This document shows positions 26,226 through 35,789 of a DNA stretch of 64,000 nt, piece by piece. Where the stretch lies: positions 1-64,000 of the IMG/VR virus record IMGVR_UViG_3300029258_003221; one strand, written 5' to 3'. Numbering within the stretch: position 1 is the first letter of the stretch; the number at the start of each line of letters is the position of its first letter. The notes under the pieces were generated by a model that saw only the letters and a list, made by a program, of their open reading frames with translations, did not search any database and was not told where the DNA came from. The position numbers were made by a program, and so were the translations under genes.

Positions 26226-26918
26226 ATGTTTTCTTTGGATGGACTAAGTGAAAATTTGGGTTATGTTGGTGAATCATTGATTGATTCATTGACAGATGCT
26301 GTTGATTTAACATATGCAATAATTAACGGTCTAATAACCCAGCAATTTGCTATCGATCACTTCCCAACTAATTCAATTCTCGTAAAAAACTTTGGCTTAT
26401 CACTTAGGTTGCGTAAAGTTGGTTTATCGCCGCCAGACCTAACAATTCGAATTGTCAAAAATGATGATGTTACCTTGTTGGCATCATCGGAAACCCTAGT
26501 TGACTTTGATTCAAATTTCACTACCACCGAATTGGACTTCACCGTTTTGGATAATAGTCCTTCTAGTTGGATTGGATCAAAAATTGAAATGGTTTCTGGA
26601 GTTGCCGCCGCAGGTCTAATTCAAATGTCAGAAATGGATTTGAATTACGAATTGTCTTTCCTCAATACTGAAATCGCCAGTGGAGGATGTGTTGTAAGTG
26701 GGAACTCAAATCAAAATTCGGTCAAAAACCTGTTTGTAACAGGTGGGGCTCTGTGTGGTGGGCAAGACTCATATGTTTCTGGCAGAAGAAATAACACCCC
26801 AACAGTTGCTACACTCAGTCAGTTCAGGAATGCCTTCAAAGGAACAATTCGTGGTTCTATAAATGTTCCAATTTGGCCAGATAGAACAAATCCTCTGATG
26901 AGACTTTGGATCAATTGA
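26226..26918 (+). CDS. Hypothetical, possibly structural protein
   Basis: ORF track. Confidence 0.55.
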   Translation: MFSLDGLSENLGYVGESLIDSLTDAVDLTYAIINGLITQQFAIDHFPTNSILVKNFGLSLRLRKVGLSPPDLTIRIVKNDDVTLLASSETLVDFDSNFTTTELDFTVLDNSPSSWIGSKIEMVSGVAAAGLIQMSEMDLNYELSFLNTEIASGGCVVSGNSNQNSVKNLFVTGGALCGGQDSYVSGRRNNTPTVATLSQFRNAFKGTIRGSINVPIWPDRTNPLMRLWIN

Positions 26919-26925
26919 AATAGAC

Positions 26926-26954
26926 TTGATCTCTATGATCAATTGAGCTAATCT
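26926..26954 (+). promoter_or_regulatory. Sigma70-like promoter
   Basis: TTGATC-N17-TAATCT. Confidence 0.55.
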
Positions 26955-26985
26955 TACACTTTCAAACATAAAACAGGAGGTTCTT

Positions 26986-27186
26986 ATGCTGAGCCCTACT
27001 TCTTATCTGTTCAACAAAATCTGTGAATACTCAATGAACCAATTTTCAGAAGGAAATATCACCGAAGAAGAATCTGAACAGATCATGGACAAAGCAGAGC
27101 TTTGTGATCTGGAAGGTATGGTTGACATGTGCGTCGAACATAACATCATTATCCCCAAGGAAATTCAAAAAGGATTGTCATGCTAG
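26986..27186 (+). CDS. Hypothetical protein
   Basis: AGGAGG RBS. Confidence 0.6.
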   Translation: MLSPTSYLFNKICEYSMNQFSEGNITEEESEQIMDKAELCDLEGMVDMCVEHNIIIPKEIQKGLSC

Positions 27187-27500
27187 AAAACCTAAGAGCC
27201 GCAAACAAACAACGACACAAAGAATGGGGCGAAGGAGCAGACCTCACACTCTCTTTCCGAGGACTGGAATTGGGTGGCGAAGCCGGTGAAGTCTGCAACG
27301 AACTGAAAAAACTGGAACGGACCCGATTCGGTATCGCTGGTGGAAAAGAAGATACTCAGGGTCTTCGTGAAGAACTTGCCGATGTCATCATCTGTGTTGA
27401 TTTGATCGCCATGGATATGGGCATCGATCTCGGAGACGCCATCAGAGAAAAGTTCAATATGACCTCCGAAAAATACGGTCTGGAAACAAGGATCGCCTGA
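27180..27500 (+). CDS. MazG-like pyrophosphohydrolase
   Basis: ELGGEAGEVCNELKK...LREELADVII. Confidence 0.85.
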   Translation: MLENLRAANKQRHKEWGEGADLTLSFRGLELGGEAGEVCNELKKLERTRFGIAGGKEDTQGLREELADVIICVDLIAMDMGIDLGDAIREKFNMTSEKYGLETRIA

Positions 27501-27518
27501 TCCAAACTATGATATGAC

Positions 27519-27677
27519 ATGCAAACTCAGACCATAATGCCACCACCAAAACCGCCCGAGGACAACATTGTTGCCTCGGGCTTTCCTGATGACATTCGAG
27601 ATATCGGTGACCGAATCGCCGCACTCTCCTCTGATCAAGCATCAAAGCTGTCCCAATACCTCGACGGAAAACAATGA
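27519..27677 (+). CDS. 52-aa protein resembling only the N-terminal domain of ribosomal bL12 (not in the track)
   Basis: MQTQTIMPPPKPPEDNIVASGFPDDIRDIGDRIAALSSDQASKLSQYLDGKQ; ATGA overlap with 27674. Confidence 0.55.
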   Translation: MQTQTIMPPPKPPEDNIVASGFPDDIRDIGDRIAALSSDQASKLSQYLDGKQ

Positions 27678-28489
27678 AGCACGACAGAGTTATGATCCTT
27701 GGCTCCAATGGATACCTTGGAAAAAAGTTCCATGAAGCCTACCCAGAAGCCATCACCACAAACATCGATATCATGGACCAAAGAGAACTCCTCAGTGCCA
27801 TCGATGTCAATTCACCCAATGTTATCATAAATGCCGCAGGAAAAACCGGTAGACCAAATGTGGATTGGTGTGAGGATCACAAAAAAGAAACTCTTAGATC
27901 AAATGTTACAGCCCCTCTGATGATCTGTGATGAAGCCCTCAAACGAAATATCTACTTCGTCCACATTAGCTCAGGATGCATATATCAAAATGGGGAATTT
28001 GGAGAAGATGATGAGCCTAACTTCAAAGGGAGCTATTACTCTAAGACGAAGGCGTTTGCTGATCAACTTCTGGCTGACTTTCCTGCTTTGGTCCTTCGCC
28101 TGAGAATGCCATTCGATGATTCCCTCGGCGAACGAACTCTTATCGGCAAAATCTTAAAGTACAAGCGTGTAATCGATGTCAAGAACTCCCTGACCTACAC
28201 GCCAGACTTTGTTGAGACTGCTCAAAAGCTCATAGATCGCCGCAAAACAGGCATCTACAATGTCGTGAATACAGGGTCCATCTCCCCATTCGAAATCATG
28301 GAGATGTACAAAGAACACGTCGATCCCAATCATGAGTTCGAAAAACTCCCTCTCGAAGAACTGGGAGACTACTGCAATACAGGTAGAAGCAACTGCCGAC
28401 TGTCAACAAAAAAACTGGCAGAAGAAGGATTGGAACTGCCTCCAATCCACACTCGGCTCAAAGAAGCTATGCAAAAGATCGCATCATAG
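27674..28489 (+). CDS. NDP-4-keto-6-deoxy-sugar epimerase/reductase (RmlD-like, rhamnose synthesis)
   Basis: ILGSNGYLG, NAAGKTGRPNVDWCE, SSGCIY, YYSKTK. Confidence 0.9.
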   Translation: MKHDRVMILGSNGYLGKKFHEAYPEAITTNIDIMDQRELLSAIDVNSPNVIINAAGKTGRPNVDWCEDHKKETLRSNVTAPLMICDEALKRNIYFVHISSGCIYQNGEFGEDDEPNFKGSYYSKTKAFADQLLADFPALVLRLRMPFDDSLGERTLIGKILKYKRVIDVKNSLTYTPDFVETAQKLIDRRKTGIYNVVNTGSISPFEIMEMYKEHVDPNHEFEKLPLEELGDYCNTGRSNCRLSTKKLAEEGLELPPIHTRLKEAMQKIAS

Positions 28490-28765
28490 CTCGATCTCTT
28501 CGTCGTCCCAGATGATAGCTTTCTGATCAAACCGCTTGCCGAGTTCCGTGAGGTCTTCTAAAGAGATGTCGCTGATCTCAAACGCATCTTCCTCGTGCCC
28601 ATTGTAGCTGCCTCGAACCGGAACAGGATCGTATCCACGATCTCTCAGAAACTGAAGAAGCTCTCTATTGGCGTCTTCGTTCTCCTTGTCCGGGAGCTTG
28701 TTACCCATTGGGTTGTGTGCAGTGATAACACCACGCTTTCTGACGAACTCTCGAAATGTGCCCAT
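28484..28765 (-). CDS. DUF3293-like protein with a capsid-targeting-like N-terminus
   Basis: MGTFREFV; ITAHNP...EN..AN..L...G.Y..EE. Confidence 0.6.
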   Translation of the reverse strand: MGTFREFVRKRGVITAHNPMGNKLPDKENEDANRELLQFLRDRGYDPVPVRGSYNGHEEDAFEISDISLEDLTELGKRFDQKAIIWDDEEIEL

Positions 28766-28781
28766 GCTGTATATATGAGAC

Positions 28782-29837
28782 TTACTTGATATACCTGTAA
28801 TCCTCGCCAGCCTTCAAGCTTTTTACAGTATTATACATCAATTTAATTGTGCTCTTCACATCCTTCTTGTGAACCATTTCAACAGATGTATGCATGTACT
28901 TCAATGGCAAACTAATCAAACAGGAAGGAATTCCACCAGCAGCTTTGTAAAAAGCTCCTGTGTCCGTTCCACTGTTGCCATTGTATGTGCCGATCTGAAC
29001 TTTGACCTTACTCTTCTTGGCAACCTTCAAAACCTTCTTCAAAAGATTTCTCTGAACATCAGGACCATAATACAAAGCAGGCCCATTCCCGCATGACACA
29101 TCACCACACAATCGTGTATTATACATCGGTGAATGTGAATCATGTGTTACGTCTGTAATGATGGCCACATCCGGCTTGATACTGTGAGCAATCATGTGAG
29201 CGCCACACAAGCCTATCTCTTCCTGAACTGCATTTACTACATGCAAACCAAATGGAAGCTCGTCTTTCTTTTCCTTCAACATTCGAGCAACCTGAGCAAT
29301 CATATAACCGCCCATTCGATTGTCTAAAGCACGACACAAATAGTAATCACCCATGACCTCAAACGGAGCATCATAAGTCATCACACAACCAACATGAATT
29401 CCCATCTCCTCAACTTGCTTTTTGTTCTCAGCTCCAACATCAACATAAAGATTCTTAACCTTTGGTGTTTCTGAGTCACGCTCGTGAATAGCAAGCCAGC
29501 CAAATACGCCACGAACAGTTCCCTTTTGGCCAATTATGTTCACCCGTTGACCCGGAGCAACCATCTCATCTGATCCACCTCGGCGAACAACACTGATATA
29601 ACCCTTTTCATCAATGTGCGAGACTGTCCAACCAATTTCATCGGCATGAGCTTCAATCACCACTTTGTATTTGGCATCAGGGTTTACTACGGCAACTGCT
29701 GTCCCATAAGAATCACAGTATGTTTCATCAACATACTGTGAGATGTAGTCCAGCCAGATCTTCTGACCTTCGGTTTCCCAACCAGTGGGCGACTGAGCAT
29801 TCAAATAACTTTGTAGAAACTTCTCTCGCTTATTCAT
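28782..29837 (-). CDS. M42 family aminopeptidase
   Basis: EAHADEIG, ALDNRMG, VQEEIG, IITDVTH, LKYMHT. Confidence 0.93.
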   Translation of the reverse strand: MNKREKFLQSYLNAQSPTGWETEGQKIWLDYISQYVDETYCDSYGTAVAVVNPDAKYKVVIEAHADEIGWTVSHIDEKGYISVVRRGGSDEMVAPGQRVNIIGQKGTVRGVFGWLAIHERDSETPKVKNLYVDVGAENKKQVEEMGIHVGCVMTYDAPFEVMGDYYLCRALDNRMGGYMIAQVARMLKEKKDELPFGLHVVNAVQEEIGLCGAHMIAHSIKPDVAIITDVTHDSHSPMYNTRLCGDVSCGNGPALYYGPDVQRNLLKKVLKVAKKSKVKVQIGTYNGNSGTDTGAFYKAAGGIPSCLISLPLKYMHTSVEMVHKKDVKSTIKLMYNTVKSLKAGEDYRYIK

Positions 29838-30376
29838 CTTTCAAAATCCTTTTCGGTTAATGTCTTGTAATTCCGTCGCCATCTCCACGCATACTGCTCT
29901 TTCCAAATGTCAAATTTCTCTTCACCAAGATTTCTTTCAATCCATTTGCACAAATCATTTTTGCTGTAACCCAATGAATCGCCAAGTAAGATGTCTGTTG
30001 TAAGAACAGAAGCACCTGTGTTCATTCTAGTTGGGTCTTCTAAAAGTAAAAATGCGTACTCCGCTTGATGAATTCTCCAAATATTATCTGGAGAACAAAT
30101 ACCACCTTTATACATGTCGTCATGTCTGCTTTTAAGACACTCTATCGGATAATATTTAAAATCTTTTTGTCCAAAATATCGTTCAAATTGATTTGCCATT
30201 CGAGGGCTTGTAAGAGCCATTGGTTTTTTGCGGGTTATCAATAAAGCAAATTCCACATCATTGTGCGGGCCGATACTTCCATGTTCAGAAAGTAATTTAA
30301 TCTCAGTCCAATCAAAAGATAGAAACGAAGAAATCAACTCATCACAATCTGTTATCCAATCTTTTTTACTCATCAT
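29834..30376 (-). CDS. Hypothetical protein
   Basis: ORF track. Confidence 0.6.
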   Translation of the reverse strand: MMSKKDWITDCDELISSFLSFDWTEIKLLSEHGSIGPHNDVEFALLITRKKPMALTSPRMANQFERYFGQKDFKYYPIECLKSRHDDMYKGGICSPDNIWRIHQAEYAFLLLEDPTRMNTGASVLTTDILLGDSLGYSKNDLCKWIERNLGEEKFDIWKEQYAWRWRRNYKTLTEKDFER

Positions 30377-30600
30377 TAATGTATCATGACCACTCGATTA
30401 GTTTTCTCTTTTAATTCTTCTGAATCAAAAATACTGACAGACCAACAATCCACTTCGTCATCAGACAATACCGACAAGTCTACAAAATTAGCCAATTCTA
30501 TGTAAGCCAAGTTAACACAACCAACAGAAACATAAACATCTAATTCCGGGTCAAACTCTGACAACTTTTCAATTAAATCTTTAACCTTCATCGAAACCAT
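30376..30600 (-). CDS. Hypothetical protein
   Basis: MKVKDLIEKLSEFDPELDV, a common small phage motif. Confidence 0.6.
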   Translation of the reverse strand: MVSMKVKDLIEKLSEFDPELDVYVSVGCVNLAYIELANFVDLSVLSDDEVDCWSVSIFDSEELKEKTNRVVMIH

Positions 30601-30868
30601 ATTTCTCTAATAATTCACTACATTGTGATTCACCATAGCCTTCTTCAAAGCAACCATTTTCATTAAGCTTAAGCAATACTTCATCTGATTGTTCTTCTAA
30701 GACAATGATGTGCATTTTCAATCTATTTACATCATCTTCAGCAGAAGTCGGTTTAAATCATCATCTCTTTGATTAAATGAAAATCCTACAATAGGAATTG
30801 CTCCTATCATCTTCAACACACTTCTTCTATCTACTTTCATTTTTAAACTCCTCTTTTCATCGTAAATT

Positions 30869-31075
30869 TTAGTCCTCAAATTTCACTTCTAACAAGTCTT
30901 CTGGGAGACCGCCTGTTATCATCAAAAATTCTCCAGCATCTTTCTTCTCAAAAGATAACCCTAAAGCCTCCAAAACATCATCAGCTTCAATTCTGTGATT
31001 CTGGAATTTTAGCTTACCGTCCACATAAAGACCAGACCAATCGTCGCCGTACACTAATGTAATTTGATTAGTCAT
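30869..31075 (-). CDS. Hypothetical protein
   Basis: Start refined to ATG 31075 (MTNQITLVYG). Confidence 0.6.
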   Translation of the reverse strand: MTNQITLVYGDDWSGLYVDGKLKFQNHRIEADDVLEALGLSFEKKDAGEFLMITGGLPEDLLEVKFED

Positions 31076-31202
31076 TTTCAATTCTTTCCAATAGAAAAAA
31101 ACCATCGTTTTCCAATTGAATTGCGTAAGGCACATCTTCAAAAAGGTAAGCGTAGATTTCTGTTTTCACATCATTTACCAAAGCTTCTTTATGCTCACAA
31201 TA
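31068..31202 (-). pseudogene. 3' half of the 78-codon gene split by the IS607 element
   Basis: YCEHKEALVNDVKTEIYAYLFEDVPYAIQLENDGFFLLERIEND*; joins in frame to 35891-35790 across the GG core. Confidence 0.8.
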
Positions 31203-31336
31203 CCGTTCCTGAAAACCTACGGAAATCTAGGATACGCAAAAATGCCCTAAATTCCTTGTTCCATTCCTGCTTCATTGAGGCTGGTTTCACTCAAAACTAC
31301 AAGTTTCAAGCCAGAGCCTTCCTCTCCACAAGCGTT

Positions 31337-32443
31337 TCATATCTCCGTCGAACTGGCGGCGATGTATTCTAAATTACAACTGGCATTGAAGTCTCGGTCG
31401 TGGTGAGTTCCACATCCATCGCAATCCCATTCTCGGTCTGCCAAGGTCAAGTTTTGATTGATCTGACCGCAAATCGAACATGCTTTGCTGGATGGGAAGA
31501 AACGATCCACAGGGACGATCCTGCATCCATACCAAGTTCCTTTATATTCCAGTTGTCTTCTACACTCGAAAAATCCAATATCTGCGATTGATCGAGATAA
31601 TCTTCTGTTCTTCAACATTCCAGACACATTCAAGTCTTCAATTCCAATCGCACGCTTGGTTTTCGCTAATGCTGTTGTCATCTTGTGTAATGTATCTTTA
31701 CGAATGTTGCTGATCTTGAAGTAGAGCCGAGCAAGACGGTTCGCCGCTTTCTTTCGGTTCTGACTTCCTTTTTGTTTGCGACTCAAACTTCTGTTGAGCC
31801 GCTTGAGTTTCCTTAGTTTTTTCTTGAGCGGTTTCGGGTTCTCAAAGGTTGTCCCATCGCTCACGGTTGCCAGTGTTTTGATCCCCAAATCCATACCAAC
31901 CACATCATGTTCGTCCTTCTGGATATTGGGTTCTAACATATCTTCTTCAACTTGAATGCTGACAAACCACCTACCTGCTCTTTCACTTACAGTTGCCGAC
32001 AATATCTTGGCATCGGTTGGCAGGTATCCACTTTCTTTGAGTTTTAGTTTTCCAAGTCTCGGAAGTTGGATTGTTTTCTCTGTTACTTTGATCGTTCCCG
32101 TCAGTCGAAACCCGCCGATGCCTTTTCTCTTACTCTTGAATTTCGGGAACTTTCCTCGCTTCTTGAAGAAATTGTCAAAAGCACGATCTAGGTTTCTAAG
32201 GGCTTCCTGTGGGCTACATTTGCTGACTTCATACATCCAAGGGAATGTATCTTTCTTGAGGTCGTTGAGGCGACGGTGAAGTTCAATGGCGTTGGGAATC
32301 TTATCTTTGACTTCCATCGCTTGCTTCTTCTGGTTCATGCCCCAATTATATGTGAACCTAGCAGCACCAGCATGTTTTAGACATGCGGTTCGCTGCTTGT
32401 TGTTCAACCTCAATTCGGTCTTATAGCCCCTCTGTATCTTCAC
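31337..32443 (-). CDS. tnpB: TnpB RNA-guided nuclease
   Basis: RuvC I VGMDLGIK, RuvC II GIEDLNV, zinc finger CSICG...CDGCG, RuvC III DRDFNAS. Confidence 0.96.
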   Translation of the reverse strand: MKIQRGYKTELRLNNKQRTACLKHAGAARFTYNWGMNQKKQAMEVKDKIPNAIELHRRLNDLKKDTFPWMYEVSKCSPQEALRNLDRAFDNFFKKRGKFPKFKSKRKGIGGFRLTGTIKVTEKTIQLPRLGKLKLKESGYLPTDAKILSATVSERAGRWFVSIQVEEDMLEPNIQKDEHDVVGMDLGIKTLATVSDGTTFENPKPLKKKLRKLKRLNRSLSRKQKGSQNRKKAANRLARLYFKISNIRKDTLHKMTTALAKTKRAIGIEDLNVSGMLKNRRLSRSIADIGFFECRRQLEYKGTWYGCRIVPVDRFFPSSKACSICGQINQNLTLADREWDCDGCGTHHDRDFNASCNLEYIAASSTEI

Positions 32444-32861
32444 ACTCCTCCTCTGCTATGAACTTGCCGAAATCATGTTCATTGAACTCAGCAGTTTCAT
32501 AGACATCCCATCCAAGAACAACAGGGTCTTCGCCAACAGGCAAAGGCTGTCCATGTCCATCTAACAATGTGCCATCACGTTTTACATCAATGTGTTTAGC
32601 TCGCCAGCCATCGTACCAAAAGCCACCACGATTGAATGTGATGCAACCTTTGGGTTTGTATTCAACAACAATGTCAAATGTTGCTTCCTGCCCCATACTA
32701 ACAGGCTTGCGTTGCTTGAATTCTTTGATCTTGCAACTTTTGGGTTCTTTGCTCATCCACTCTGTTTCATTCAACTTATTCATTAGACCAAACATCAACT
32801 TTGTTGGGTCTTTCGTAACCAACTCGAACTTCAAGTAAGTTGGATTCACATTATCGGTCAT
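32421..32861 (-). CDS. Cargo hypothetical protein
   Basis: ORF track; overlaps both neighbours. Confidence 0.7.
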   Translation of the reverse strand: MTDNVNPTYLKFELVTKDPTKLMFGLMNKLNETEWMSKEPKSCKIKEFKQRKPVSMGQEATFDIVVEYKPKGCITFNRGGFWYDGWRAKHIDVKRDGTLLDGHGQPLPVGEDPVVLGWDVYETAEFNEHDFGKFIAEEECEDTEGL

Positions 32862-34849
32862 GCAACCTCCTTCAAATAATGTTCTCTCGCCGCCGCAGCT
32901 TCCTCTATGGTGTCATAAGTCCCGACACTTTGACGACCAACTCTTGCTGACCATCTCCCATTGGCTTGTTTGTAAACACCCTTATGTCCAGAGCCAGCCA
33001 ATTTTTGGCAATCGCATTTTGAGTTTGCCTTCATATTGCCGGGCAATCGTTGAAACTCTTTGCCATGCTCGCACCTGACTGTCACATACTCAAAAAATCC
33101 AGCATATTCTGACGCCAACTCCCACCCTTTATCCTCAAGAAACTGCAACAATTTTTGCTTTCCGTAATCCAAGCAGTTAGTTCTTACACAATCGCATTGG
33201 GCGTGTGGCCGCACGGCAGATCGACGCTTCATAGTGAAAACTTCACCATGTTCGCACCTAATTTGGATTTCACCCTCGCCACTATATTCAGATAGCAACT
33301 CCCACCCACGATTGGCAAAGATTTCAGTCAAGTTATCCTTACCCATCTCAGTCATTCTTTCGCCAGAGGCGATGTCGCAACAACGTGGACAACCACACTC
33401 GTTCTTGAAGTTCTGCACCAGCGTCGTCCAGACATGACCCTTATCGCACTGGATGGTCATATCTCCGTAGTATCCTTTATACTCCGAGAGACGCTTCCAG
33501 CCCCTCCGCTCCATCTCAGTGTCAATAATTTGAGTTTGGTGTTCTTTATCTTGCGGACGTTTAGATGAATAATCCCAAGAGTAGAATTTCTCTTTCTTGC
33601 AATCCATCGAAACAGACGAATCTTCGTAAAGCCAATCTCTAATTCGGAGTGCTGGCGTTCCACTGTAGCTGAACAATGACGCTGTGGAGTTCTTTAGTTC
33701 TCGATCATACTCCTCTTTGCTTCGGTCTATCACAGTATTCTTCGAGACATTGGCTTCTTCAACAATGACATCCACCACATCCTCAAGGAATTTAGGAACA
33801 GCCCCGCAAATGCTGAATGTTGGAGTTTTGTAAACCTTATGCCTGTATTTCGTAGTGCCAACGCTCACTGACCCGTCGCCATCGAAAAGTCCTCGGATGA
33901 AGTGTCTTCTCAACTCTTTAGGAATATCAGGAAAAGAAACAAGAAAGGTTTTGTTCGGAATAACGCCATGTTTCATCAAGGCTTCTACGAAACCAGTGTG
34001 ACAACATTCAAGAGTGTATTTGGTTTTCTTTCCGCCCTTATTTTTGCTGCTCACATGATATGGACCAAGAACCTTGCCTGTATATCCGATTGCATCCTTG
34101 AACTTCTCTAAATGTCTCTTCCCTTCTACAACCAACGAAATACGAAGCCGGTGTGGATTGAGTGCAACTGATCCGTCTGCATAGATGAACCCAAGCCAAT
34201 ATGCCTTTTCTTCTGTGTCTATCTCATCAAAGAAGTTGAAATCAAATGTGTATTTTCTAATCAAACCAGCAGAGCGGCGACTGCCAACTTTCAGTGTTAC
34301 TGCACGCCCGATGATGGCATTCCAAGTTCTATTGGGCAAGCCAGCTTGGATGAACTCTTGACTTTCCTTGGTGTAACTTGAGCGAAGAAAATCATCTTCC
34401 TCAGATGACCACGAAAAATCAGGCTTACTCAAGCCCAGTTTGACCGCCTTGTTCCTAATCTCGGATTCAGTCTTGTCTGAAAGCAATTCAAGCAATTCCG
34501 AATTGCTCATGGTGGCATAATTGGATTTCAACAAATCTAACTCTTTAGAAGTCCATTTCTTTCGCTTTCTGGTAAGCCCCAATCGGCAGGCTCTATCTTT
34601 GATTGCCTTGTATTTGCGGTTCGGAAGCAAATTCGACCATTGATCGGCTGCGATCTTGCCATAATACTGCCTGACAACATCATCTTCCGCCAACTGCCAT
34701 TTAGTATCTTGCGTCAAGCCAAGCCGAGATAATTTGTGTCTTATAGAAGTGTCACTCTTATCCAACTCGTTACTCAACCAATCAGTCGGTTTATCCGCAT
34801 TTTCTACAAGAAATGCCTCTTCTTTCTTAGTCCAATGCTTTCCGCTCAT
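32858..34849 (-). CDS. Multidomain LAGLIDADG endonuclease: 4 Myb-like repeats, double LAGLIDADG, 3 Zn-ribbon repeats, AP2-like domain
   Basis: WTxxE repeats; YWLGFIYADGSV and FIRGLFDGDGSV; GW.LLSEY...C..GH...C repeats; SGHKGVY...GRWSARV...GTYDTIEEAAAAR. Confidence 0.9.
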   Translation of the reverse strand: MSGKHWTKKEEAFLVENADKPTDWLSNELDKSDTSIRHKLSRLGLTQDTKWQLAEDDVVRQYYGKIAADQWSNLLPNRKYKAIKDRACRLGLTRKRKKWTSKELDLLKSNYATMSNSELLELLSDKTESEIRNKAVKLGLSKPDFSWSSEEDDFLRSSYTKESQEFIQAGLPNRTWNAIIGRAVTLKVGSRRSAGLIRKYTFDFNFFDEIDTEEKAYWLGFIYADGSVALNPHRLRISLVVEGKRHLEKFKDAIGYTGKVLGPYHVSSKNKGGKKTKYTLECCHTGFVEALMKHGVIPNKTFLVSFPDIPKELRRHFIRGLFDGDGSVSVGTTKYRHKVYKTPTFSICGAVPKFLEDVVDVIVEEANVSKNTVIDRSKEEYDRELKNSTASLFSYSGTPALRIRDWLYEDSSVSMDCKKEKFYSWDYSSKRPQDKEHQTQIIDTEMERRGWKRLSEYKGYYGDMTIQCDKGHVWTTLVQNFKNECGCPRCCDIASGERMTEMGKDNLTEIFANRGWELLSEYSGEGEIQIRCEHGEVFTMKRRSAVRPHAQCDCVRTNCLDYGKQKLLQFLEDKGWELASEYAGFFEYVTVRCEHGKEFQRLPGNMKANSKCDCQKLAGSGHKGVYKQANGRWSARVGRQSVGTYDTIEEAAAAREHYLKEVA

Positions 34850-35532
34850 ACCTCCACAACCTCTTTCTGTTCCGCAGGCACAAGACCATCTTGTGCTACC
34901 GCCGCCAACTTCTCTTCTTTCTTTTTCCTGCGATTTTCAGCACTACGCTTGCCGTAAATCTTATTGCTGAACGAGGACATCAATGTGAGCATATCTTCTA
35001 CAAGTTCTTGCTCGTAGGACTTGCCCAACACATTCTCCATCCACTCGATCTGAACACCATGACTGGCGAAGAAGTCGTCCAAGAATTGAAAGTTGAAGCG
35101 AGTCAAACGATCTTTGTGTTCGACCACAACCTTGCTGATCTTCTTGTCCTTGACCAACTCAAACAGGTTTCTCAACTTCGGTCTGGTGTCCGACATGCCT
35201 GATCCTACTTCTTCGTAGGATTTGACAATCTTGTACTGCTTCTTGACGCAGTAGGACAAGAGCCGCCCGTTCTGTCGTTCTAGGTCGCCCTTTTTCTTCT
35301 GTTCGTGGGAACTTACTCTTGCGTAAGTTGCGACCTTGACTTCACTTTCTTTCTTGTGTTCCACGATCTCGCCGCAGAAGGCTTTGATGTCTGATAATCT
35401 GTACCTTCTGTGATTTCCCGGCGTTTTGACTGGAACTAGCTTTCCTTCTTTATCCCATTCTCTGAGCGTATCGAGGCAGACACCGAGGATGTCGGCTGTT
35501 TTACCGATGCTCAACAACTTCTGTTCGTTCAT
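34846..35532 (-). CDS. tnpA: IS607 serine-recombinase transposase
   Basis: MerR-like HTH (TLREWDKEG...TPGNHRRY); YARVSS; VVEHKDRLTRF; ELVEDML; start refined to ATG 35532. Confidence 0.96.
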   Translation of the reverse strand: MNEQKLLSIGKTADILGVCLDTLREWDKEGKLVPVKTPGNHRRYRLSDIKAFCGEIVEHKKESEVKVATYARVSSHEQKKKGDLERQNGRLLSYCVKKQYKIVKSYEEVGSGMSDTRPKLRNLFELVKDKKISKVVVEHKDRLTRFNFQFLDDFFASHGVQIEWMENVLGKSYEQELVEDMLTLMSSFSNKIYGKRSAENRRKKKEEKLAAVAQDGLVPAEQKEVVEV

Positions 35533-35704
35533 TCTCAATGAGTCCTTTTTCAAGGAACGCATCGAGCCATTCATCGTATTGTTCCTGAAACTCCTCTACT
35601 GTCGGTGTTTCCTCCAAATCAAAGAGAATCGGATGGATCGTACCATCCTCCATCTCAAACTCGGTTTTGGTTACTCTAACGATTTTTCGACTCAACATGT
35701 TCAT
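35501..35704 (-). CDS. Small acidic protein, first ORF inside the IS607 element
   Basis: AGGAGAG RBS; overlaps the tnpA start. Confidence 0.65.
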   Translation of the reverse strand: MNMLSRKIVRVTKTEFEMEDGTIHPILFDLEETPTVEEFQEQYDEWLDAFLEKGLIENERTEVVEHR

Positions 35705-35789
35705 TCTCTCTCCTATAATAGTCGTCTCAACTTCATTTTTTCTTTAGCAATCCGTAGATTTTCCGAGATTTTTCTTCAACTGCTTAGAA

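Noticed and set aside
30590-30840. Possible frameshifted gene with a Tat-like start (MKVDRRSVLK)
   Set aside because: Reads as two short ORFs (37 and about 44 aa) with no way to distinguish a frameshift from separate small genes; insufficient support
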